From assembly GCF_021869535.1 (NCBI RefSeq), contig NW_026262604.1:10106001-10170000 (forward strand): a stretch of 64,000 bases of DNA. Reading direction: 5' to 3'. The position numbers were made by a program, and so were the translations under genes. This DNA is from Mytilus californianus (taxonomy: Eukaryota). A model generated the notes under the pieces. It ran no database searches. It saw only the letters and a list, made by a program, of their open reading frames with translations, and was not told the DNA's origin. This document shows positions 48,829 through 60,971 of this stretch, piece after piece. Every line of letters begins with the position of its first letter. The stretch's first letter is position 1.

Positions 48829-49560
48829 GTGTTCTGCTATTTACAATCCAAAGAAAACCAATCGCTGCGTGATGGCATGGATGCGTTAGAACAATACAGT
48901 CGACGGAACTTAATTCGTATCAACGGCATTCCTGACGGTGGTATAGATGAATCTTCCATTCAAACAAACGAGTTAGTCAAAGATCTTATCAAAACCATCG
49001 ATGAACAACTAAAACCCGAAGACATCATTCGATCTCATAGAATTGGTAAACCACGCACAAGGGAAGGCAATGAAGACGGCCGAGTTAACAACAAGTTTCA
49101 GCCTCCTAGACAAATAATTGTCAAGATTAAGGATCATAATGTTAAAAAGAGGATCCTCAGATGCAGAAAATTCTTAAAAGGGAAAATAGAATACAAGTAC
49201 GTCAGAATGAATGAGGACCTGACCAAGCCGAGAAACGCCATTGCATACAAAGCCAGACAGCTCAGCATTGAGCATCATCTAAGAGACACGTGGACAGTTG
49301 ATGGGAAAATTTATGTAAAGGACAATCAAATGCAAGTCCATGTTGTCAACACAATGCCAGCGTTCCTACGTTTTGTATCGATATACTGCTGTCCTGGTTC
49401 CATGGACTTCCTTGATAGGCTAGACTACAACAACAAACAAAACAGACGCGAGTACACACCACCACAACTCATAACATATGCGGAAGCACGAGCGAAGGAA
49501 TTAGCAGAGAGAGCATCTTCAAATGCATCAGCTGAAAACACGAGTGTCCAAATTTCATGA
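48829..49560 (+). CDS. LINE ORF1p, RRM/CTD-type nucleic-acid chaperone, N-terminus likely missing
   Basis: LEQYSRRNLIRINGIPD, SHRIGK, PRQIIVK, MNEDLT, WTVDGKIYVK motifs typical of invertebrate LINE ORF1; the ORF track start is TTG. Confidence 0.85.
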   Translation: MFCYLQSKENQSLRDGMDALEQYSRRNLIRINGIPDGGIDESSIQTNELVKDLIKTIDEQLKPEDIIRSHRIGKPRTREGNEDGRVNNKFQPPRQIIVKIKDHNVKKRILRCRKFLKGKIEYKYVRMNEDLTKPRNAIAYKARQLSIEHHLRDTWTVDGKIYVKDNQMQVHVVNTMPAFLRFVSIYCCPGSMDFLDRLDYNNKQNRREYTPPQLITYAEARAKELAERASSNASAENTSVQIS

Positions 49561-50441
49561 TTTAACTTTGAATAAAACTGCATATATTGACAACATTTTT
49601 TTTTGTGTACGTATTTCTACATGTATTCAGACTATTTGACAGTCCTGTTTCAGAATTTTTTGCTTTTTTTTGTATTGTTTATTTATTTGTTTATTTTTCT
49701 ATAATTACATGCTACACAATTCTTGTACATAATACATCTAATTTGTAATTCATCCAAATTCCTGTTAAATACACGGGAATACTTACCTTGATCGCTGATT
49801 TGTCACGTGACAAATTTTAACGTATTGAAGTTCACAACACAAACTCTCATAGTAAAATAAATTACTCATGCGTGAAAAAGGTAAAACTATAACGGTTGTT
49901 TTTACATGATGTTAAAATCCATGGTAAGGAAATTTTCATGGCTAACTTCAAGCTCCTAAAACAACTTTAAAAAAGAAGATATTACTTTCAATTTGTAAAT
50001 TTTATCGTATACAAGCAATCTTTAAACAAAACGTACAGCGATTTGTACTGTTTAAAACGTGTATGCTTACTATAAATGGTAAATTGTATGGACAGATCTT
50101 GTCAATTCAGCGATCAAATAATCAATCAGGCAATATCAAATCGAGTTGATTTGACACGGCTGGTATTAACAGTTGTACTGAATTACTACGTAGATAAAGT
50201 TGTATCATTTATACATGTGTATACTCATTCCTCCAAACTACTTGTTCAATCCATGTACATGTGCATACTTTTTCTTTTGCTTCATGCATATAACATATTG
50301 TTATTCAATTTTTGTTCTCACAATTTTTTCTTATTTTTTACTTACACTTTTTTCACAAAACAAACGAAATGCTATGGATTATTTAACTTTGTATACGGCC
50401 GCTCTCAGTTTGACCAATTTCAGCCAGATGTAACATAACTC

Positions 50442-53400
50442 ATGGGGGTAGGAATCGAGTTATATCGTACGAGAGTTGGCCAATACTCACCAGGCAAAAA
50501 CATCAAACAAAGACTAAATTATATTGATTTTATCTGTATCAACTTATTTCTCGCTTGTAAAAGTGTCTCGCAGGCACTGGTGTTATCAATTTTAATCTTC
50601 ACGTTGTCGCATCAACTAGGCGTGTGCCCTAAACCTTCAGAGATGAAACATGTAGACTCAAATGTACAAAAAACAACAAGTGAAAATGTGAATCTTAGAC
50701 TATTTATTATTTCATTTTTACTATTTGTTATACAAATTTTGCTAATCCTAGCAGGAATAGAGGTAAATCCAGGTCCAAGTGACGATATCGATTCTTCTCA
50801 AAGTTCAATTAACTCAACTGACATGTCGGATTTCAGTGAACTTTTCTCAAAATCAGTCTCAATTCTTCACTTAAATGTACAAAGCCTAGCCCCGAAAATA
50901 GATCTGATTCAAGCTGAATATTCTGATTTCGACATTTTAGCGTTTAGTGAAACCTGGTTAAACAATAATCATACAGACGAATCAATTGAAATCCTAAATT
51001 ACCAGCACCCCTTCCGTCGTGACAGAGGTCAACACAAGGTTGGAGGGGGGATAATTGTTTATGTAAAAAATGATATACATGTTCAACGTCGAAGTGACCT
51101 CGAAAGCGAAAGTTTGGAAGCAATATGGTTAGAACTTAAATTTAAAGATAAAAAGGCTTTGCTCGGAACCTTTTATATACCTCCTAATAGTGGATCAGAT
51201 ATCTGGGAAAAAATTGAATATTCTCTTGATATGGCGTCTAATGATAATACTATTAATTACATAATGGCCACTGGTGATTTTAACGATAACCAACTAGCCC
51301 CTGTTAATTCAAAAATTACACCTTTGTTAAGCCAATTTAGTCTTACTCAAATGATAGACGAACCTACTCATTTTACTGAATCGTCGTCATCATTGTTAGA
51401 CCTTTTTATAACAAACGATGCTCACATAATAACATACTGTGGAGTCGGACCACCTTTATTAGACCAAATACGTTTTCACTGTCCTATCATTAGTCTTTTG
51501 AACTTTCCAAAATGTCGTCAAAAAACTTTTAAGCGAAAAATTTGGCTATATGATCGAGGAGATTATGACAGATATCGTAACATTTTATCTGAAAAAAATT
51601 GGGATTCCGTAATAAACTTAAATAACGTTGAACAATTTACAACCGAAATAACAAAAACTATCATAGAAGCTGCTGAAAAATGTATTCCAAATAAAATAAT
51701 AATTGTTCGTAAAAATGAACCTCCATGGCTAACAAATGATGTTAAAAAAATGATAAGGAAAAAAAATAGAATCCACAGAAAGGCTAAAAAATATAATAAC
51801 CAATCGGATTGGTCAAAATTTAAGAAAATACGAAATGAAGTTACCAGTTTAATAAGAAAATCAAAGGATGATTATAACAACAATTTAATTAAAAAAATCA
51901 TGAACAGTAACCCGTCCACTACTAATTGGTGGAAAACGGTCAAACAAATATCCGGATTAAAAACAAACGACGCAAGTATACCTCCATTAATGGTTAATAA
52001 CAACTTAATATTTGATGAAATCGAAAAGGCAAATGAATTTAATCGATTTTTTTCTTCCCAGTCAAATATTGATGATTCAAGTGCTATGTTACCTGAAGAA
52101 CTTCATACTATTAGTGATGACATTAGTTATATAGAACTTACGGTTACTGAAGTTGAAGATATATTGAAAATTGTTAATCCCACAAAAGCTTCTGGCCCAG
52201 ACCTCATAAGTCCCAAATTGTTAAAAGAAGCATCTTCTGTTTTGAAGTATCCACTATGTAAGCTATTTAACTTATCGTTAAGTACGTCTACTTTTCCAGA
52301 TCAATGGAAAAGAGCAAATGTCACCCCAGTTTATAAAAATAGTAAACCGAATGACGTTAAAAACTATAGACCTATTTCCTTGTTGAGTGTAATTTCAAAG
52401 TGTATGGAACGTTGTGTATATAAACATGTTTACAATCACTTTAAGCGTAATAATATTTTAACGAAAAATCAGTCAGGCTTTACACGGGGGGATTCAGCGG
52501 TTAATCAATTAATTAACATTTCAAATGATTTTGGGAAGGCTTTAGATAGCGGTAAAGAAATAAGGGTAGTATTCTGTGATATAAGTAAAGCGTTTGATCG
52601 AGTCTGGCATAAGGGACTGCTATTTAAACTTCAACAAGCGGGCATATCGGGTTCTTTACTAAGGTGGTTTGAAAATTATCTTACAAATAGAGTCCAGCGG
52701 GTGGTTATTAACGGTTCAAGTTCCGAATGGTTACCTGTAAATGCAGGCGTCCCACAAGGGTCCATTCTGGGCCCTCTCCTTTTTTTGATATTTATAAACG
52801 ATATAATAGAAGACATTCAAGCTCAAATTAAGCTATTCGCAGATGACACTTCATTGTATATTATGGTTGACAATCCAACAGAAACAGCTACAATTTTAAA
52901 TAACGATCTAGATAAGATTTATAATTGGTCAAAAAAATGGCTTGTGAATTTTAATGCCCAAAAAACTGAAAGTATGATAATTTCAAAAAAAATAAATAGA
53001 CCCTTTCATCCTCCATTAAATATGAATACCCAAGAGCTACAAACAGTAAGTAAACACAAACATCTAGGTGTCTTTTTTTCTAACAACGGATCCTGGAACG
53101 ACCATATTGAATACATAGTTTCTAAATCTTATAAAAGAATAAATATAATGAGAAAAATGAAAAATGTTCTTGATAGGTTTACACTTGAAAAAATTTACAT
53201 ATCATTTGTTCGCCCAATTCTTGAATATGCCGATGTCGTTTGGGACTCTCAAAATCAGAATTTGATTGCTAAACTTGAAAATATTCAGCTTGACGCAGCG
53301 CGTATCGTCACGGGGGGTACTAAACTTACCAGTATAAACAATTTATATGTTGAAACTCGATGGGAAAAATTATCTGAAAGACGACGCAATCATAGATTAA

Positions 53401-53996
53401 TTCATTATCACAAAATTTTGAATAATAAAACCCCAGAGTATTTAAGAGACTTATTGCCCGATTCAGTAGGAAGTAGGCATGATCATAATACAAGACAAAG
53501 AAATAATATTACACAAGTCAATACTCGGACCCGTTTATATTCTGAATATTTCATCCCAGCAACAACAAAACTATGGAACACTCTTAACTTAAACATAAGA
53601 AAATGTGAATCTCTATCATTATTCAAAAAACAAATTAGTACCCAAAATTGTAAGGTCCCAGCGTATTATTATATAGGACATCGTTTTGGTCAAATTCTTC
53701 ATGCTCGCTTAAGAATGGATTCAAGTTCATTGAATTCTCACCTATTCGTTCGTAATTTGGTAGACTCTCCAAATTGTCGTTGTGGTGATGTAGAAACAAA
53801 TTCTCACTTCCTGTTATCTTGTCCCATATGCACTGATTTAAGACATGAACTATTAGATTCTGTTTCAGTTCTTCCTGTCCAAGTTAACACAAAAACTTTG
53901 CTTTTTGGATCAACGGTACTCTCGGATGAGCAAAATAGTCTTTTATTTAGTTTGGTGCAGAAATATATTATTAAAAGTAAACGTTTTAACCCTTGA
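50442..53996 (+). CDS. LINE ORF2p, 1184 aa, uninterrupted: hydrophobic leader with 2A-like motif, APE endonuclease, reverse transcriptase, C-terminal Cys/His motif
   Basis: LHLNVQSL, FSETWL, GGGIIVYV, TGDFN, LLDLFIT, HCPI; GPD, YRPISLL, QSGF, FCDISKAFDRVWH, GVPQGSILGP, LFADD, HLG; CRCGDVETNSHFLLSC. Confidence 0.96.
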   Translation: MGVGIELYRTRVGQYSPGKNIKQRLNYIDFICINLFLACKSVSQALVLSILIFTLSHQLGVCPKPSEMKHVDSNVQKTTSENVNLRLFIISFLLFVIQILLILAGIEVNPGPSDDIDSSQSSINSTDMSDFSELFSKSVSILHLNVQSLAPKIDLIQAEYSDFDILAFSETWLNNNHTDESIEILNYQHPFRRDRGQHKVGGGIIVYVKNDIHVQRRSDLESESLEAIWLELKFKDKKALLGTFYIPPNSGSDIWEKIEYSLDMASNDNTINYIMATGDFNDNQLAPVNSKITPLLSQFSLTQMIDEPTHFTESSSSLLDLFITNDAHIITYCGVGPPLLDQIRFHCPIISLLNFPKCRQKTFKRKIWLYDRGDYDRYRNILSEKNWDSVINLNNVEQFTTEITKTIIEAAEKCIPNKIIIVRKNEPPWLTNDVKKMIRKKNRIHRKAKKYNNQSDWSKFKKIRNEVTSLIRKSKDDYNNNLIKKIMNSNPSTTNWWKTVKQISGLKTNDASIPPLMVNNNLIFDEIEKANEFNRFFSSQSNIDDSSAMLPEELHTISDDISYIELTVTEVEDILKIVNPTKASGPDLISPKLLKEASSVLKYPLCKLFNLSLSTSTFPDQWKRANVTPVYKNSKPNDVKNYRPISLLSVISKCMERCVYKHVYNHFKRNNILTKNQSGFTRGDSAVNQLINISNDFGKALDSGKEIRVVFCDISKAFDRVWHKGLLFKLQQAGISGSLLRWFENYLTNRVQRVVINGSSSEWLPVNAGVPQGSILGPLLFLIFINDIIEDIQAQIKLFADDTSLYIMVDNPTETATILNNDLDKIYNWSKKWLVNFNAQKTESMIISKKINRPFHPPLNMNTQELQTVSKHKHLGVFFSNNGSWNDHIEYIVSKSYKRINIMRKMKNVLDRFTLEKIYISFVRPILEYADVVWDSQNQNLIAKLENIQLDAARIVTGGTKLTSINNLYVETRWEKLSERRRNHRLIHYHKILNNKTPEYLRDLLPDSVGSRHDHNTRQRNNITQVNTRTRLYSEYFIPATTKLWNTLNLNIRKCESLSLFKKQISTQNCKVPAYYYIGHRFGQILHARLRMDSSSLNSHLFVRNLVDSPNCRCGDVETNSHFLLSCPICTDLRHELLDSVSVLPVQVNTKTLLFGSTVLSDEQNSLLFSLVQKYIIKSKRFNP

Positions 53997-55314
53997 TGTT
54001 AATGCTTCATCATTCAATAGAAACCCAAGCATTTCACACCGTATAGATTACAATAATTCATGTTTATTTATTTTTTTTAATTTTTTTTTTTTTTTTTTTC
54101 TTTTCTCATTAATTTTTTTTTTCTTCTTCTTCTTCTTCTTCTTCTTTCACCTTTTTTCATATTGATATATTTATTACAGAGCATGCCAGTATTTATATTT
54201 ATGTATTGTCCAATAAGTGTATTATTTTTTGTAAAAGGAGACAGATTTGTAAAAGCAAATTGCTTGTTTCTGAATCCTTAATATTATTTCATTTGTATAA
54301 TATCGTTTAATGTTGATTTATCTGAATAAATATTGTTTAAACCAAGAATCTAATTCTCCTTTACAGTGTTGGTATGAAACCTATAGATGGAAAACTGTAC
54401 TGAGTTAGATTAGCCAACTTAGTCACAATCCTACTCGGTATTTGAAAGAATTCTGCCCCTGTGTTAAAGGCTGCCGGACAGTTAATTTTAGATGGGGGAG
54501 GGGTTCTCGAAACTCATGTTTTGTCCTTTATAATAAAACATTTTTTTTTCATTTTCCTTCTTGAACAAACATGTTAAGATTTAGAATCCAACAATTGTTT
54601 TCATAAAAAAATAAGAATGATAAGTGTTAAATGATTGTATGTTAAATATTTTTTCACAAATGAAAATTTCAGGCTCCTCGAAGCAAATAGCTACTCATGT
54701 AATTAGCGATTATCTCAGTACTTACATACCAGCGCTGTAACACTGAATCCACTTTCCACTGGTTGCTAATCGGATGTGTACTGCTTTATATTCATCAACT
54801 GTAGTAATTAGCTTTGAACTAGCTATTAGAACTCAGTGTCATTTTGTTAATTGGTTATATACTCCATGCTGATCTTTTTGAGTCGAACCCTTTCCAACGG
54901 AGTTTTACAATTTTTTCTCATGTTGTTTGCTATTTCAAGACTGTTCCTGAGTATGGGAGGGCTGAGTGCTCGCAAACATGGTTAACCCTGCACACTATGA
55001 ATATTATTATCACTAGTAAGTGGCCCTTTATTACTTGGTGGTTAGTGTTTGCTGTCGGTCATATTTGTTTTTCCACTTATTGTCTTAACAGTTTTATAAT
55101 TTAAACGATGAGCTATTATAGTTGTTAATATCCACACCCACATCATTGTTATGTTATCTCTTGTGGAAAGTTTTCTCATTGGCAATCATACAACATCTTC
55201 TTATGTTTTTAAAGTGGGGAGATTTTACAATAACTAATAGTTTCACTGGCAAGTGATCAAACATACTACCAAGAGATCACTGAAAGAGTTTAGTGGACCT
55301 TTAAAGCTAAACAT

Positions 55315-55770
55315 TAATATAATTGAAAACAACACGTTTAATAATTTCATGCGTCCGAAGCGCTTTTCTGGATTCACCTTCATCAGGAACGCCCAAAGCC
55401 AAACATTTGAAATCCGAGGGATATATAAGTACCGAAACAGTTGAAGAGCTATATGACAAAAATACCTAAAACAAATAGCCAAATCATCCATCTAAGGTCA
55501 ACTTTATAAACGGGAAATTTTAGAAAAGTTTGTTATTAATCTTGTCAGTACCGAAGTACTGACTACTGAGCTGATGATACCCTCGGGGACTGATAGTCCA
55601 CCAGCAGAGGTATCGACCCAGTGATGTAAATAATTGAAAACAACACGTTTAATAATTTCATGCGTGGAAGCGCTTTTCTGGATTTACCTTCATCAGGAAC
55701 GCTCAAAGCCAAACATTTCAAATCCGAGGGATGTATAAGTACCGAAACAGTTGAAGAGCTATATAATATT
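55315..55770. repeat. Repeat related to family B, about 311-bp unit plus partial second unit
   Basis: aattgaaaacaacacgtttaataatttcatgcg at 55321 and 55632; shares cgaagt-ctgactact...gataccctcgg with 42955-43030; inverted fragment at 35260-35370. Confidence 0.75.
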
Positions 55771-57254
55771 CTTTAGGCATGAGGTGTATTTTTTAGAATA
55801 TTTTTTTAGTTTTGTTCAAATGAGTTGAATACAGGTCAGCACATTCCGGAAGCAGAAAATCGCGTCTTTAACATTGATATTAATTTCTGTAATAGAATAT
55901 AATTATGAATAAAGAGAGATTTGAGGTTTTTAAAGTCAATGAGAAAGCAACTCAAACGACTAACAAAAACCAACAGACATACTTTCAGATTAGATATGAC
56001 TATCTAATCGCTATCTCTGACCATAAGTCGCCCACTTTTTTACAGTTCTTAGGCTAAAGCTGATTACCTTTTATTTAATTAATTCAATGAGATATCTTAA
56101 AGAAGGAACTTGGTAATGCTTTTCTTTATATATGTATATCTTTGACCATAATATTTTCATACAGCAGACAACCCATGTTAGTACTTTGTCATTATCATTT
56201 GATTAATGTTTAAGACCACCACATACAGGCTTACAAGGTACACACATAAGGCGCTGTAACTATTAACACTTTCAACAGGAAGTGATCCCATCAATTCATT
56301 TAACATGCAGTACTTATCTCATTTTCAACATCCAAAATCTGACTACTTTGGTACAATTACTATTTAAATTCAAGCTCTTGAGGTAAACTTGTAATTATAT
56401 TGACAAAGCTTCCATTGAAATTGCCTTAAACAATATCAGATCTACATTTTATTCTTATTCAGTGAACTAGTATATGTTCCCAAATTTTAAAAGCTTCTAT
56501 ATCTGAAATTAAACGTGGATATTGATATAGCTTGCTAAATAAAATTGGTCTGTGTTTAACTGTGACTTTATGCAATTCAAATGTTGAAAAAGTAGCTAAT
56601 GAAAAAATACACAGTAAAAGGACTACAATCAATGACGATGCAAGGACACTAGAAAAATAACTCTTCCAGCAATTAACATGACAAAATCAAAGTCAGTATT
56701 ACCAAACTGATTAACAGTTATTTTTGAACACAATCATTTTTTTGTTTATTATACCTACACGTATAATTACTATAAATACATAACAAAAACATAAGATAAA
56801 AATTTCAAACTTCCACAAAATGTACTTTTTTAAAACTGAGTTTTACTGTGTATTTATTTATTCTACATTGTCTAGAGAAACTAGGGGAGGGTTGAGTTCT
56901 CACACAACATTTTTTACTCCAGTCACATAATTATTGCACCTATCCCAAGTCAGGAACCTCTAACCTTTGTTTATCTTGTGTTTTTTTTTTTTAATTTTGG
57001 TTCATTTGTATGTATTGGAGTTTTAAGGGTGGTGTCCATTTCGCGGAACTAGTGTACACAATAATTAAGGGGTCAGCTGAAGCCCACCTCCGTGTGCCGG
57101 ATTTACTTGCTATGTTAAAGACCCATTATAGTGGTCTTGTTTTCTCTTTGACACATTCCCTGTTTCCATTCTCCATTTTCGTTTTAAAAATCAAACTGGA
57201 AATAACCAAGATTTTAAAATTTTCATTTTTTAAACCCCTCACATGGGGGTATTA

Positions 57255-57518
57255 ATTATGTTTTTAGGTCTGTGCGTCCGTTTGTTGGTCCGTCTGTCCC
57301 ACTTCGATTAAAGTTTTTTGTTAGAGTTTTCGGTCATGGTAGTTTTTGATGAAGTTGAAGTCCAATCAACTTGAAACTTAGTACACATGTTCCCTATGAT
57401 ATTAACTTTCTAATTTTAATGCCAAATTAGAGTTTTGACCCCTAATTTCACGGTCCACTGAACATAGAAAATGATACTGCGGGTGGGGCATCCGTGTACT
57501 ATGGACACATTCTTATTT
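57255..57518. repeat. Non-autonomous repeat with gtcc-type head and gggcatccgtgtactatggacac end
   Basis: tgtgcgtccgtttgttggtccgtctgtcc head and a terminal GC-rich motif; similar layout to 11690-12060. Confidence 0.5.
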
Positions 57519-59986
57519 TGTAATTAGTTCGTAAAACAAAATATTTCACACAACAAATTGATTATTTTTTATATCGATAACAAGAGGAATACATATGCAT
57601 ATAAACATAAGATAATATAGTCTGTCTATAAAGAGCCTATGAATAACCGAGCTTTTTATTTCCATTTTTCACCATTTTTAAACTACATTAATCACATTTT
57701 ACACAAGAATAACAATTATTTTTAAACACTAATTACTATTGGACTCCTTAAGATAAACATCAGATAGTATTTTCTATTTTCTATTTAGATCCCAATTCGA
57801 AAGTTTTTTAAACCATCAATAACCGAGATTTTTTTCATTTCCAGTTATTGAGTTTTCTGTCTTAAAACATATATTCAACCAAAATTACCTAAATATTAAT
57901 ATTGATAACTAAAGGACTTCACAAAATAAACATAAAATAGTATGTTCTTTTTTCTATATATATCAAATTTCAAAAATATTAACCATTAACAACGGAGGTT
58001 TTCTACGTTTCCAGTTTTCGACGTTTTTTCACTAAAATTCACTCATTTCACCTCAAAATTACTTCAGTATGAATAATAATAACTAGAGAACTATATAATA
58101 TTCTATTAAGATCAGGTTTACAGTCTTCAACAAGCTTTAGGTCTAAAAATGTAACGATAAATAACAATTTTTCTTCTTTTCACGTTTTCCGCATTTTTTC
58201 TCTAAAAACCACATATTTCAGCCCAAAATAACCTTTTCCGCAAATTATATCAATGTATAATTTTAGTATGTTGTGAATACAAGTCTATATTATAATTTGC
58301 ATTAAAAAAACCTTGTGTTGCAATTAGTTGGAGGTTGACTGATTTTAGAGCTAAATTGACTAGGCTATAACAAGCAGTAGAAGTAGTGCTGTTTTCTGTG
58401 TTTCGATGAAGCCTTTTATAATTCTTAGGTAGTTTCAGCTATATAATAAAAATAAATGGTTCAATATATCTTAACTTCAATTTTCTAAGGATCAACCAAC
58501 AGGTGGCCACTTGAAAAAATCATACGACTGGAAAAAGGATTCTTTTGTACAAGCTAGTTGTGTTAAAACCAGAAATAAACAAGAAATGTTGATTCTATTG
58601 TAACGTCTTTATTGTTGCTAGGGACAAGGCTTTCCCTTGGAACCAGGACAAAACATAAACTCCAAACTTACATTCTAAATATGGTAAAACTCAGGTTTTA
58701 ATGCAAGGTTAAATACAAAACATCATTGATGAACAACATACTATGCTTGTTAAAAAAAAACAAAATAAGGATGTTCGCTACTCTGTTTCAAAAATAATAA
58801 GCTTTTTAAAAGACTGTTATAAATTGATAGTATATAAATAAAGGAACTAAAAAAGCAGATAAAAATGAAGGGTCCATATTTCCCAGGGAGATTGTGAAAA
58901 ACACTTTGAACAGTTTGAACGGATGTTGACAACTTGTATGGGTATTATATTTCCGGAGACATGGGCGGATACCTAAGGTAGTAATAAACAGTTAAGAAAA
59001 AATATTAAAATGTTCCCTCATAAATTTTATCATCTCCTTTTCATTGCCTTCTTGCAATATTAAGCTTACTGTTTGTGTGATATATGTGCATATGTATGTA
59101 ATCAGAATCTTCCATATATTTCATATCCAGTATATGAAATGGTAAAATATAATTTCTTTTTGGTGTATCCATGGCAACAATCTTCATTTTTTTGTTATAA
59201 AATATAGCAAAAAGGGGGGGAAAAGATGTCACATATTTCCCCAAAATTTGGCCAAAAGTAGAAGTTCAATCACTTCAAGTAATACCTTTTCTGAAACTGT
59301 TTACATATATCTTTCAATAAATCCAATGAAAATCATATGTCTATCGTCTCATTTTTTTTGTAAAATTGCGTCAAAAACTTCGCGTAGAAAAAAAGTGTTT
59401 GTAAACATTACATTAATTTCTGGACCGATGAATAATCTGGATGTTCTTATAAACCACCTTTGAAGGCTAAATTAGTACTCAGCTGTCTAAAAATGAATTT
59501 TATTACACAATAACTTTCATATTTGAAAAATTCACCGGGGCCAAAATGCGAAACCAATCTCCTAACTGTGTATTGCTACCTAAGACAGAAATCCGAATCT
59601 AATTCACCAGTGTTGGGTGTAAACAGAGACATATATTTAGTTACAATTATATCTATTCTTATTTTCATTTTTGAAATAATTGGTAGAAGATACATTTATT
59701 TAAACACTAATAGTGTATAATTCATTGTCACTTAGCTGCAACTATTTAATTTATAGGTAAGCTTTTTGTGAAAGCTACATTTGTCTATACAATTATTGAC
59801 GTTTACGGCGCTAAATGTATTTGACGTCTTTGCCGTCCGTCTTTATGACGTTAATATTTCTATGATGATGTTATTTTATTTTGTTTACGGCAGTTTATTT
59901 TTTGGATTGTATTAGGACACATAAGATGATTTATAAGAGAGCATAATCGGTAAGCATATATATATCCGACTCAAACATGTATTTCT

Positions 59987-60338
59987 TTAACCCTTTCGCT
60001 GCCAAACAAATTGTAAACAAAACCCCTTCAATGCCAAGGCTTTTTTCTATTGTTTTTACGATTACGCAAATAACGTCGACGTCATAGTACAGGTTTGATA
60101 ACGCCAAAAGATTTAAACTGAAAATTGGCGGGAATTCAACCTTTTAATAGTTATTTTTCATATTACCGACTTTTGACTCCGGAGTTAATAATATTTAGAC
60201 AGGTTACCTACTCTGTTGTAAGATATTCTGGTCCCCGTTCGCGTAAGAGCAACTAGATAAAGTAAAATCAGAGACATATAATACAATTATATGTCTCTGG
60301 TAAAATCAAGCTTACAATTGGTAAAACTTTTTTTTTGG

Positions 60339-60369
<31 letters not shown>

Positions 60370-60971
60370 ATAAACTGATTTATGTTTTCTATACATGACA
60401 AACTAATTTCACTGATTGTAAGCTTGACCCTACTTCTTTCAGTTGCTCTTACTTGAATAGAGACCACTGAGAAATGTCCTACCACAGAGAAGGTAACCTG
60501 TTTAAAAATCATATACTTCAGAGTCGAAAGTCGGTAATATGAAAAAGAACTATTGCAAATTAATTTATCACTACTTATTAAAGAAAGTTTGTGATTATTC
60601 TTTATGAATAATTTCATTACATGAGCTTGGGATACAAAAGTCAAGATTCATATCATATAATCATTTATCAAGAAAGATTTTTTATTCATCAGCGTTACAT
60701 CGTCTGCTGTGTTTCTTATGACATGTTTTATGAACAACTTTACGACAGAGAACACATATAATTATATATGTTTCGACTTTTTCCTACCACCAGGGACATA
60801 TCGTACAGAACATACAGAACAATCTTTTTCTTTTCGACCCGGCAATTTTCTCAAATGTTGGTTATTTCTTTCATCATTCAAGACCCCAAGAGAGGCACGA
60901 TTACTTGTCATATGATCTTCGGAAAATGTCATCAATGAATAATTGTATAAAATGGAGGCGAGATCTAACAT
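59987..60971 (-). mobile_element. piggyBac-like remnant: element end plus C-terminal cysteine-rich domain fragment
   Basis: TTAA|CCCTTT at 59987-59996; - strand HLRKLPGRKEKDCSVCSVRYVPGGRKKSKHI resembles the piggyBac C-terminal Cys-rich domain. Confidence 0.55.

Larger units (their letters stand above)
48829..54343 (+). mobile_element. CR1/L2-type non-LTR retrotransposon, probably 5'-truncated within ORF1
   Basis: ORF1, an 880-bp spacer, APE-RT ORF2, a T-rich 3' UTR and the terminal AATAAATATTGTTTAAAC; no convincing TSD. Confidence 0.9.

Noticed and set aside
48840-48860. Possible LINE target-site duplication (ccaaagaa vs ccaagaa at 54342)
   Set aside because: Short, imperfect and the 5' junction is undefined
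50076-50438. 120-aa hydrophobic ORF in the LINE spacer
   Set aside because: Composition reflects T-rich non-coding sequence; no motif
60341-60368. 28-nt poly-G run (PPPPPPPP in ORF 60312..60644)
   Set aside because: Simple homopolymer of uncertain assembled length; the ORF has no other coding signal
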